This document shows positions 32,192 to 42,137 of a stretch of 64,000 bases of DNA, in pieces. Position 1 is the stretch's first letter. Each line of letters opens with the position of its first letter. The translations under genes were made by a program, and so were the position numbers. The notes under the pieces are model-generated. The model was not told the DNA's origin and made no database searches. It saw only the letters and a list, made by a program, of their open reading frames with translations. This DNA comes from an uncultured Phycisphaerales bacterium (GTDB lineage Bacteria; Planctomycetota; Phycisphaerae; Tepidisphaerales; Tepidisphaeraceae), in assembly GCA_963755915.1 (NCBI GenBank), contig CAVWLP010000002.1:2240001-2304000 (forward strand), read 5' to 3'.

Positions 32192-33532
32192 ATGAGAAAG
32201 CCCGAAACACCACCGTCAACTGCCGAAATTCTCAAAAAGCCGCCGGGGGAACTGTTCGAAACGCTTCAAAGCAAAGACTTCAAAGAAGCGCTGGCAAAAA
32301 GTGAGTCCGGATATCTTCATTGGGACAAATTGCGTTACATGATTCGCAATCCCAATTTTAGTCCAGCGGACGTATGGATTTTCTCCAACGTATTCAGGCA
32401 GCCGCGCATGAAAACTTTACCTCTGTTTGGGCAGGGGAAAATGCCTCTTCGGTTTAACATGCCCGACCCGCTACAGCACGAGTTAATGTTGATAGACCAA
32501 CAGCTTGCCGGGGGTCTTGTTTCAGACGAAGACGTTGTGCCTCCGGCCTCACAGAGAGAGCGATTCATAGTGAGTGCCCTGCAGGAAGAGGCGATAGCAT
32601 CGAGCATGTTGGAAGGGGCTGTTACCACTCGCAAGGTAGCGAAGGAGATGCTGAACCTTGGGCGGAAGCCCCGTAACAGGGGAGAACGAATGGTCGCGAA
32701 CAACTATCAGGCGATTCAATTTATCCGCGACAACAAGAAGGCTGACTTATCCCCACAATTTCTTTTGGAAGTTCAGAAAATCCTAACGGATGAGACGCTG
32801 GACGATCCAAGTCAAGTGGGACGATTCCGGACAATCAACGACGACATTCGCATAATCGACGCAAGGGATAACGAAGTGATGCACATTCCGCCGCCGGCCC
32901 CTGAACTGTCCCAGCGTTTAAAAGCCCTATGCGAATTCGCCAATTCGCCTCCACATGAAAAGCGATTCGTCCATCCGGTAATCGCAGCGTGTGTCCTTCA
33001 TTTTCAGATCGGGTTTGATCATCCATTTTGCGACGGAAATGGACGAACAGCGCGAGCGATTTTCTATTGGATGATGCTCCGTCACGGATATTGGCTATTT
33101 GAGTATTTGCCGATATCGCGGCTGATCTATCGCGCTCCCGTTAGATACGCCAGAGCGTTTCTCTATTGCGAAACAGACAATTTCGACGTCACCTATTTTC
33201 TCATGTATAAGGCCAAAATCATCGGATTGGCCCGGCGCGATTTGCGGGACTACATCATTGCCAAACAATGGGAGTTGTCTCAAGCGAGAAAAATATCCGC
33301 ATCAGATAGACGACTGAATCATCGACAGCAGGAAATCGTTCTGAATGCCGTCCGCAATCCTGATATTAATTTCACGATATCTGAACACCGCGGGAAATAT
33401 GGTTTGTCCTATGAGACGGCGAGAACCGATTTTTTGAGCTTAGTTAAATGGGGATATCTGAAGAAACTCACGATTGGAAAAAGGTACGAATTTATGACGG
33501 GACCCCGGGTGGAGAAAAAAGCCAAGCAGTAG
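32192..33532 (+). CDS. Fic-family protein (class II-like, C-terminal wHTH)
   Basis: Fic motif HPFCDGNGRTAR; upstream inhibitory-type motif SSMLEG; visibly lower GC than the flanks. Confidence 0.92.
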   Translation: MRKPETPPSTAEILKKPPGELFETLQSKDFKEALAKSESGYLHWDKLRYMIRNPNFSPADVWIFSNVFRQPRMKTLPLFGQGKMPLRFNMPDPLQHELMLIDQQLAGGLVSDEDVVPPASQRERFIVSALQEEAIASSMLEGAVTTRKVAKEMLNLGRKPRNRGERMVANNYQAIQFIRDNKKADLSPQFLLEVQKILTDETLDDPSQVGRFRTINDDIRIIDARDNEVMHIPPPAPELSQRLKALCEFANSPPHEKRFVHPVIAACVLHFQIGFDHPFCDGNGRTARAIFYWMMLRHGYWLFEYLPISRLIYRAPVRYARAFLYCETDNFDVTYFLMYKAKIIGLARRDLRDYIIAKQWELSQARKISASDRRLNHRQQEIVLNAVRNPDINFTISEHRGKYGLSYETARTDFLSLVKWGYLKKLTIGKRYEFMTGPRVEKKAKQ

Positions 33533-33626
33533 GCGGCAATTAGAAATCGCATTGTGGATCAGCGGGCGGCTCTTCCAGTTGAGCGATGTATGGTTCGCTT
33601 GACGGGAGAAGCTAAAGTTTAAACCC

Positions 33627-34363
33627 ATGGAGCACCTGGAAGGGCGACAATCGGTTCTGGCGGCGCTGGCGGCGCGGCAGCGGAAATTTCAGGTGATCCT
33701 GATCAACCAGGGGCGCATCGGGAGAAGATTCAGGATGTGCTCGAGGCGGCGGAGGCGCTGGGGGTGCCGGTGAAGCGCGTGGCCGGCGATGAGCTGGATG
33801 CGATGGCGCATGGGGCGACGCATGGGGGGATTCTGGCGGTATGCTCGCCTAAGCCGCGGACGACGGAGAGCGAGCTGTTGGAGATCATCGAGCGGGCGGT
33901 CCAGCCGCCGATGCTTTTGCTGATTGAGGGGGCGGATGATGCGCGGAATCTGGGGTTTACTCTGCGCACGGCGGATGCGCTGGGGGCGGCGGCCGTTCTG
34001 ATCAAAAAACATGTTTGGGATTTTGATGCGGTGGAAGTCGCGAGGCCGGCGTCAGGGGCGTATGAGCGGCTGCCGCTGGTTCGGATCGACAATACTGAAC
34101 TGCTGGAAAAGCTTCAGTCTCGCGGTATGCGTTTGTTTGGGTGTATCGCGGGGGCGAAGCGGACGATTTTTCAGGCGGATTTAACAGGCGGAATCGTGCT
34201 GGCGATTGGGGGCGAAAAACGCGGGCTTTCGGGCGCGGTGCGGGGGATTTGCGACCGGCTCGTGTCGATTCCTACGCTGGAGGGGGCGTCTTTGCCGCTG
34301 TCCCATGCGGCGGCGATTGTTCTGGCGGAAGCGGCACGGCAGAGGAGAGGAGCCGACGAGTGA
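33627..34363 (+). CDS. TrmH/RlmB-family SPOUT RNA methyltransferase, frameshift in a G run near 33710
   Basis: THGGIL, DARNLGFTLRTADALG, IGGEKRGL, SLPLSHAAAI. Confidence 0.88.
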
Positions 34364-34382
34364 ACTGGTACAATTGGCCTTC

Positions 34383-34949
34383 GTGAAGCATCCCCGTCGA
34401 TGGCGGCTCTATTCGCTGGCGGCCTTGTCGCTTTTTCTCGCGATGGCGACTGTGGTCTGCTGGGTCTTGAGCTATGCGATCTCAACTCAGGTTGGCTGTC
34501 ATCGACTCATAGATCCATTTCATCATCCCCCAGAGAAGCAGGAAGCCGAGTTTTACGACTTGGATTCAACTCAGGGAGTTTTGGGATTTGGATACACCGA
34601 TGAGAAGGGGGAAATGATTCCCGTGAGTGGGTGGAAATTCGATATTTCTCATGATGCGACCGGGGGGGGTTACTACGACCCTGCGCGGACGGTGCTCACG
34701 CGGCTCGGCTTTCACGCCTGGAGTCAAAGTTGGAATGGCGGTCGATTCGACACCCGTGTGGTGGCCGTCCATTATTGGTTTCTACTCGTTTTGTTCGTGA
34801 TCGTTTTCGGGGTCGTGGTCAAGAAGATTCGATCTCTCGATCCCATTGCGGGCTTTTGCGCTGACTGCGGATACGATCTTCGAGCCACACCGGGGCGTTG
34901 TCCTGAATGTGGAACCATTGCCAAAATAAATGAAATGAAACGGGTCTGA
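34383..34949 (+). CDS. Hypothetical membrane protein with C-terminal zinc ribbon
   Basis: Two TM segments and CADCGYDLRATPGRCPECG. Confidence 0.75.
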   Translation: MKHPRRWRLYSLAALSLFLAMATVVCWVLSYAISTQVGCHRLIDPFHHPPEKQEAEFYDLDSTQGVLGFGYTDEKGEMIPVSGWKFDISHDATGGGYYDPARTVLTRLGFHAWSQSWNGGRFDTRVVAVHYWFLLVLFVIVFGVVVKKIRSLDPIAGFCADCGYDLRATPGRCPECGTIAKINEMKRV

Positions 34950-34985
34950 CTGACGAGAGGCGATTTTTTCGTCAGTTCCAGAAAA

Positions 34986-35025
34986 CCCCCTCCCCAGCCC
35001 TCCCCCGGGGTACCGGGGGCGGGGG
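34986..35025. repeat. REP-like palindrome, family A
   Basis: CCCCCTCCCCAGCCCTCCCCCGGGGTACCGGGGGCGGGGG. Confidence 0.65.
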
Positions 35026-35118
35026 AATTACATGGTTGGCCATCTCAAGTAAATGGGTGACTTCCATGGGGTCGGGCGGGTACAATTATGAGGCTAAAGT
35101 ACACGGAGAAAACAAACT

Positions 35119-35391
35119 ATGGCAAAGGCACATGTAGACCCCGCGGAATTGCGTCGTTTTGCTCAGGATCTGAAGCGGTTTAACGATGAACTGGCGGGGC
35201 TCATGAGTTCCGTTAATGCCAAGCTTCATGCCTTGGAAGCCTCCTGGCGCGACCAGGAGCAGCGGAAGTTCGTCGAGGCGTTCGATCAGACGTTCAAGGC
35301 GATCGGGGTTTTCCTGGAAAATTCTTACGAGCATGTGAAGTTTCTGTCCAAGAAAGCCGGCGCCGTTGAGGAATATCTCAAGCAGCGCTAG
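35119..35391 (+). CDS. WXG100 (EsxA-like) type VII secretion target
   Basis: 90 aa helix-turn-helix; VDPAELRRFA N-terminus, central SWRD (WxG-equivalent), C-terminal KAGAVEEYL. Confidence 0.88.
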   Translation: MAKAHVDPAELRRFAQDLKRFNDELAGLMSSVNAKLHALEASWRDQEQRKFVEAFDQTFKAIGVFLENSYEHVKFLSKKAGAVEEYLKQR

Positions 35392-35410
35392 CAGGATAGC
35401 GGAGTAGTGA

Positions 35411-36442
35411 ATGTCGACATCGGCACGCGTAAGTGATATCGACCCGATCCGGGACTTTCGGGTTTACCTGACGAAGTTCCAGGAGATGGCGGGGCGCGCG
35501 CTGGGGGATGCGGATTCGGAGATTCATTCGCTCACGCGCTCACTGGAAGGGGAGTGGATAACGTACTGGAGTTCGCAAGTTCGCAGCAGGCAGGAAAAGT
35601 TGGCCAAGGCGGAGGAGGCGTTTCGCTTCAAGCGGCTTTATAAGGACGCCAGCGGTTCGACTCCTTCGGCGGTGGAAGAGCAGAAGCAAGTGCAGATCTG
35701 CAAAAAACGGCTTGAAGAGGCGCAGACGAAAGTTGCCAATATCAAGCGGGCGACCAAGGGTCTGTTGAAAGCGACGACGGAATATCGGGGCGGGGTGGGG
35801 CGGTTCAACACCTCGGTGATGTCGGGCGTGCCGGCGGCGATCGCGCATCTCGGCGTGCTCCTGCAGCAGCTTGAGACGTACATGGGGATTCAAGCGGAAA
35901 CCGTCGGCGAAGAGGCGCTGGCCGCGGCCGGAGTGGGGAGCGGCGCGGAAACGGGCGGAGCGTCGATGGCCCGCGCGTCGGATCAGGCGCCCAAGGCTTG
36001 GGAAGAAAATGTCGATCCGGCCGAGCTGCGCGGGGCGGTGCCATCCGAGCAGGCGCTCTTTGCGGCCAAGCCTGCCGCGGCGGGTGAATTGCACCTGAGC
36101 TGCGCGGGGGTCACCGGAAAACAGGCGGAGTCCATCGCGAAGATTGCCACGGGCAATGCCGCGATCAATGACGAACGGATCGTGATTTCGCCCGGAATTG
36201 GAAGCTCATCGACGGTTTTTCTGGTTCGGCTCGGTACGACCGGAATTTCCTGGTATTTGGGCCCGGTCGATGGGCTAGATACGGGCGTGTACAATACGGT
36301 GTCGGTCGGCGATCTGCGGAGCCTCCGGCCTGACTTTGAGCCGCTGCTCAAGATGCCCGCGGGATCGCTGGCCGTGGTCGGTCCGAACGGCGCGTCGGCG
36401 ATTTATAACGCCCAGAACGCGAACCTATTAGCAGAGGGATAA
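35411..36442 (+). CDS. WXG100-like coiled-coil protein with an extra C-terminal globular domain
   Basis: Helical N-terminal about 160 aa, Ala/Gly linker, then a beta-rich C-domain (SWYLG...LRSLRPDFEPLLKMPAG); in the esx operon. Confidence 0.75.
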   Translation: MSTSARVSDIDPIRDFRVYLTKFQEMAGRALGDADSEIHSLTRSLEGEWITYWSSQVRSRQEKLAKAEEAFRFKRLYKDASGSTPSAVEEQKQVQICKKRLEEAQTKVANIKRATKGLLKATTEYRGGVGRFNTSVMSGVPAAIAHLGVLLQQLETYMGIQAETVGEEALAAAGVGSGAETGGASMARASDQAPKAWEENVDPAELRGAVPSEQALFAAKPAAAGELHLSCAGVTGKQAESIAKIATGNAAINDERIVISPGIGSSSTVFLVRLGTTGISWYLGPVDGLDTGVYNTVSVGDLRSLRPDFEPLLKMPAGSLAVVGPNGASAIYNAQNANLLAEG

Positions 36443-36445
36443 GTC

Positions 36446-36664
36446 ATGGGAATGGTTGAAGGCCGTGCGACGCTGCGCAAATCGATGAAAGAGATGATGA
36501 TGCACTGGAGCGAGACCAAGTCGCATTGGAATGACGGGAACGCGCACGCGTTTGAGAGCAAGTATCTTACGCCGCTGGAAGCGGACGCAAAGCAGGCGAT
36601 CAATGCCATGGATCAGATGTCGCAAATCCTGCAAAGGATCAGGCAGGAATGTTCGCCGGACTAG
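36446..36664 (+). CDS. Small WXG100-like protein
   Basis: 72 aa, WSETKSHWNDGNAHAFESKYL (WxD turn); in the esx operon. Confidence 0.75.
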   Translation: MGMVEGRATLRKSMKEMMMHWSETKSHWNDGNAHAFESKYLTPLEADAKQAINAMDQMSQILQRIRQECSPD

Positions 36665-36679
36665 AAAGGTGTTTTCGCG

Positions 36680-36874
36680 ATGTTCCCACATTTCGACGAT
36701 AATGATCGGCTGATTTTTCTCCGAGACGTCGCGGCATTTGAACCGCAAATCGGGAAGGCATCCGTGTCTCAGGACAAAGCTTTTGACCCGTTGGAGGCGG
36801 AGCAGACGATTAAACTTCTGAAACAGGTGTCGCAAATCCTGCAGGGGATCAGGGAGAAATCTGCGCAGGATTAG
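36680..36874 (+). CDS. Chimeric small ORF formed by tandem duplication
   Basis: N-terminus resembles the FtsK start and C-terminus resembles the end of 36446..36664; RBS AGAAAGGT. Confidence 0.55.
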   Translation: MFPHFDDNDRLIFLRDVAAFEPQIGKASVSQDKAFDPLEAEQTIKLLKQVSQILQGIREKSAQD

Positions 36875-36893
36875 TTAGAAAGGTGTTTTGTTG

Positions 36894-39800
36894 ATGGACC
36901 CGATTTTCGACGATAACGATCCGCTGAGTTTTCTGGGAAAAGACGATGCGCCGGAGCCGGAAGCAGCTCCGCCTCCGCCGGTTGCGGCGGAAGGGGAGGG
37001 GGAGGGGGAAGAGGCGTCCAACGAGCCGCAGACGCATCGCGATCTTCAGCGCGGGGCATTGCAGGAGCTCGTCGATCTTGTCGCGGAATGCTCGGCACAC
37101 GAAGCGCAGGTGGAGCAGGAGCTTAGTTCCTCGCTGTCCGAAACGCAGGGGTCCGGACAACGCAAGCTCACGGATACGGAGCGGAAATACAAAGCGGTCC
37201 AGGAGCAGATCGCGAGCAAGTTTGAGGAGAAGCGGACGGAAATCGAGGGGCGTTACGAGCAGGCGGCCGCGAAGCTGAAATCGCACGATCAGAACCAGCG
37301 GCACCGCATCAAGACGGAATTCGACCTTGCCCAGCAGCAGATCAAGAAGGATTACGACCAGGCGATCTGGCTGGCCGAGAGCGTCATGGAAGCCGAGGAG
37401 GGGAAGGCTTCGGAGGAGCTGAAGAAGGCGACCGAGCTGAACACGACACAGACGGAATATTTGAACGAAAAAGAGGGGCAGGCCGAGGCGCTGATGCAGC
37501 GCTACAACGCCAAGCCACCGCCGGGGGAATCGATCGCGGTATTGAAGGAAGCGGAGTCGAAGACCGATCCGGCGACGTCGTTCAACGAGCACAAAGCGGT
37601 GATGGAGAAGCAGGTGGGGGAGTTGGCGGCGCTTTCGGTGCCGCGCTTATTCATCGGGGTGACGCCCTATCTCATCGGCGCGGTGGTGCTGGTGATCGCG
37701 GCGGGGATTCCGCTGTTCATGTCGCAACTCCGGCCGACGATCGCCCTTGCCTACTGGGTGGGTGGGGCGTAGTGGGGCTCATCGTGTTTTTGGTGGCGCT
37801 GAAATCGATGGCCAAGAAGCAGATCGCAGCGGCTTACCTGCCGCTGCGGCGGGCGATGGATGCCGGGCGAATCGCCAACGACAATCTGATCAGCCAGGCG
37901 ACGATGGAGCACGACACCAACCTTGCCCAGGCCCGCAAGCGGAACAAGGGGGAGCTCCAGGCCGCCCGCGATCGCGCCGCGCCGATTCTTGATAAGGCCA
38001 CGAAGAAGCGCGACGCCGGCGCCCAGGCATTGCAGGCTGAATTAAAGCTGAAATCGGGGCAGAACGAGCTTCAGCGCAAGAGCGCGCTGGCCGAGCTGGA
38101 AGCGTGGCGGACGCGGAAGCTGGAAGAGGTTAAGACGCAGTTTGACGCCGAGACGGTGCGGCTTGGCGAGCGCTCCACCGCGCAGGAAGCGGAGGTCCGC
38201 CAGCGGCACGCCGCCCAGCGCGCGGTGCTGGAAAAACGCTGGACCGAGGGACTGCACACGATCCAGGAGCCGATCCGCGAAGGGGGCAGCCTCTATCCCG
38301 CCTGGAACGACCCGATCTGGGACAACTGGAAAAGCCCCAAAACATTCCCCGCGACGATTCAGTTTGGAAATCTCCAGGTAGACCTCAAGACGATGGTCGC
38401 CGAGGCCACCAGGGGCGGGCCGTTGACGTTGCCGCTGCCCGATAGCTTCGCCGTCCCGGCGCTGATCGCCTATCCCAAGCAGGCGTCGATCATGATCCAC
38501 ACCGACCGCCAGGGCCGGATGGATTCGATCCGCGCGATGCAGACGATCATGACCCGCCTGCTGACGACGATTCCGCCCGGGCGCGTGCGTTTCACGATGA
38601 TCGATCCGGTCGGTTTGGGGCAGAATTTTGCCGGTTTCATGCACCTGGCGGAATTTCGACGAAGCCCTGGTGGGCGGGCGCATCTGGACGGATGCCGACC
38701 AGATCGACCAGCGGCTGGCCAACCTAACCGAGCACATGGAGACGGTCATCCAGAAATATCTGCGCAATGAATTCGCGACGATCGACGATTACAACGCCCA
38801 GGCCGGCGAATTGGCCGAGCCCTATCGCTACCTGGTGATCTCGGATTTTCCGGTGAATTTCAGCGACGAAGCGATGCGCCGGCTCAGCAGCATCGCCACC
38901 ACCGGGGCGCGATGCGGCGTGTACACGCTGGTGATGCGCGACACGCGCGTGAGCACCGCCGGCGGATCAATGCACGTCGACGATCTCGAAGCGCACAGCG
39001 TCAACCTCGTCCGCGAGGGCGAACGCTTCGTCTGGCGCGATCCGGTCTTCAACAAGTTCCCCCTGACGCTCGACACCCCGCCCACCGACGAAGAGCTGAC
39101 CAAAATCCTCCATCACGTCGGCAAAGGTGCTCGCGAGGCCAAGCGCGTGGAAGTGGCGTTCGATCTTATCGCCCCCAAGCCCTCGCAGTTCTGGACGCTC
39201 AAGAGCGACGGCGACGTCGGCGTCGCAATCGGCCGCTCCGGCGCCACCCGCGTGCAGACCTTTCGCCTCGGCAGGGGCGTCGCGCAGCACGCGCTGGTCG
39301 CCGGCAAGACCGGTTCGGGTAAATCGACGCTGCTGCACGCGCTGATCAGCAATCTGGCGATGTGGTATTCGCCGGATGAGATTGAGCTTTATCTCATCGA
39401 CTTCAAGAAGGGCGTTGAATTCAAGACCTACGCGATGCACCATCTTCCGCATGCGCGGGCGATCGCCGTCGAAAGCGACCGCGAATTCGGCCTGAGCGTG
39501 CTGCAGCGCATCGACGAGGAGATGACCCGCCGTGCCGAGCTTTTCCGCCCCTTCAAGGCGCAGAACCTTCAGATGTATCGCGAGGCCTCGGGCCAGAAGA
39601 TGCCGCGGACGCTGCTGATCATCGACGAATTCCAGGAATTTTTCACCGAAGACGACAAGCTGGCGCCAGGACGCGAGCCTGCTGCTGGAACGCATCGTCC
39701 GCCAGGGCCGTGCGTTCGGCGTCCACCTGCTGCTGGGTTCGCAGACCATCGGTGGATCGTCCGGCCTTTCCCGCGCCACCATCGGCCAGATCGGCGTGCG

Positions 39801-41039
39801 CATCGCGCTGCAAACGAGCGAAGCCGATTCGCAGATGATTCTTGGCGACGGCAACTCCGCCGCGCGCTTGCTCTCCCGCCCCGGCGAAGCGATCTACAAC
39901 GATGCCGGCGGACTCGTCGAGGGCAACAGCCCCTTCCAGGTCGCCTGGCTTCCCGATGAGCAGCGCGATCAATATCTCGACCTGGTCAGCAAAAAAGCCC
40001 GCGACAATTCGCTGGACAACGGCGGCCAGATCGTCTTTGAAGGCAATGAACCCGCCGACTTCAAGCAAAACCAGGCTCTCATCGAGCAGATGACCGCGCC
40101 GAAATACGTCGCGACGAATTCGCCGCCCCGCTGATCTGGCTGGGCGACCCCGTCGCCATCAAGGCGCCGACGTCAATTGTTTTCCGGCGACAGAGCGGCG
40201 GCAACGTCATCATCATCGGCCAGGCTGAGGAGAGCGCGCTGGCGATCTCGGCCCTTTCCATGGTCGATCTCGCCGCCCAGCTCGCCCCCAACATCGCCAG
40301 CTTCTATCTGCTCGATGGAACTCCGGCCGATGGCCAGAACTTTGGCTACCTGCCCAGCGTGGCCGCGGCGTTGCCGCATCGCACCAAAATCGTCGATTAC
40401 CGCGCCGTCCCGCAGGCCATGCACGAAATCGCCAAAGAGCTGGAGCGCCGCCAGGCGACTGAAGCCCAGAATCCCCCGCCGATTTTCGTCTTCGTCTTCG
40501 GCCTTCAGCGTTATCGCACGCTGCGAAAATCGGAAGACAGCTTCAGCTTTGGCTCGGGCGACGCCGGGAAAGCCGCCGATCCCGGCAAGGAATTTGCCGA
40601 CATTTTGCGCGAAGGCCCGCCCAACGGGATCCACGTCATCACCTGGATCGACACGGCGACCGCGCTCGACCGCTCGATCGACCGCGGCTCGATGCGCGAG
40701 CTCGATCACCGCGTCCTCTTCCAGATGAGCGCCACCGACAGCAGCAACATCATCGACTCCCCCGCGGCCAACAAGCTCGGCGCCAACCGCGCCCTCTCCT
40801 ACAGCGAAGAGCAGGGCTCGATGGAAAAGTTCCGCCCCTACGCGGTGCCGGATGCGAAATGGCTCGCCGACGTGAAGGAAAAGCTCGCCGCCAAGCTGGC
40901 CGCCAGCGGCATCAAGCCGGGCGAATTTCCGCCCGATCCGGCGGTCGCGCTGGCCGGTGAAGAGGCCCAGGAGCCGGATGATTCCGCCGACAATGCAGAA
41001 CCCGGCGAAGACGACGCTGACGACAAGGACGCCGCGTAA
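36894..41039 (+). CDS. FtsK/SpoIIIE-family (EccC/EssC-like) membrane ATPase, split by several frameshifts
   Basis: ORFs 36888, 37772, 38628, 39796 and 40260 join: coiled coil, 2 TM, degenerate domain 1 (FTMIDPVGLG), HALVAGKTGSGKST, LIDFKKGVEF, LLIIDEFQ, RQGRAFGVHLLLGSQ, degenerate domain 3 (LREGP..GIHVI). Confidence 0.9.
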
Positions 41040-41047
41040 AGGTTGCG

Positions 41048-41909
41048 TTAACCGCAGACCCCGAATTTCAGAAGCGCCGCGTGAACCCCGTGGTCGTTGT
41101 TCGACGGCGCGATCCAGTCGGCCGCCTCCTTCACGATCTCGCTGGCGTTGTCCATTGCCACGCCGATCCCCGATGACCGCAAAATTCCCACGTCGTTGGG
41201 CGCATCTCCGATGGCCATGACGCTGGTCATCGGCACGCCGTAATGCTCGGCCACCAGCGCCAGCGCCGCCGCCTTGCTTACCGAGCGGTCCATGATCTGC
41301 AGCAGCTCCGGATCGGTCCGGACGATCGTCACGTTCTGCCCCGCCGGCAAAAGCGCCGCTTCAAGCCCGTCGATCATTCCCTTATCCCCCAGCAGCAGCA
41401 GCTTGGTGATCGGCTGATTGCAGATTTCATCCAGCCCGGTGATCACGTCCGGCCGGAACATCCGCCCGGTCTCGGTGGTGTAGGTCTGGTCGAATTTGTC
41501 GGTAAACCAGCGGTCCAGAATCTCGCATGAAACCAGCACCTCGGGCGACTTCCGGCGGGCGTCGGCAATCAGCCCGCGACACGACTTCGCCGGCAATGGG
41601 CAGATGAAACACCACGTGCTTCTGCGGCTCGTCCCAGATCAGGGCCCCGTTGTAATTGATCTGCCAGGTGTCGAGCCGAAGCTGGTTGTAAATATGCCGC
41701 ACGCTGCGCGGCGGCCGCGCCGAGGCGATGACGATTTTCACGCCTCGCTCGACGGCACACGTCAGCCCATCCATCGTCGGCCGGCTCACCTGCTTCGAGT
41801 CGTTCAGCAGCGTGCCGTCCAGATCGATCGCCACCAGTCGAATATCGTGTTGCTGCTGCTCGCGCACCATCGGCGGTATCCTGCGGCGGGAGACGGTCTG
41901 GCGGTTCAT
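41048..41909 (-). CDS. Cof-type HAD hydrolase, frameshifted
   Basis: IDLDGTLL, ASARP, NYNGA, SKAAAL, AIGDAPND. Confidence 0.9.
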
Positions 41910-41980
41910 TCAACATATTCTACCCGTGCGCATATCCCCGGTCATCTGGGCGGTTAATCCCCGCGCGCCTTCCCCTCTTT

Positions 41981-42020
41981 CCCCCTCTCTCGATACCCCG
42001 GGAGAGGGCCGGGGTGAGGG
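41981..42020. repeat. REP-like palindrome, family A
   Basis: CCCCCTCTCTCGATACCCCGGGAGAGGGCCGGGGTGAGGG. Confidence 0.65.
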
Positions 42021-42137
42021 CCTGAACAAAATCTGATAATCACGACCAACTGCCGCTTCAACTCCACTGCGTCCCCTCATTGGCATCGCCCCCGCCTCGA
42101 TTGTAACCTACTATCTCTCACACAACGGAGCACCAAA

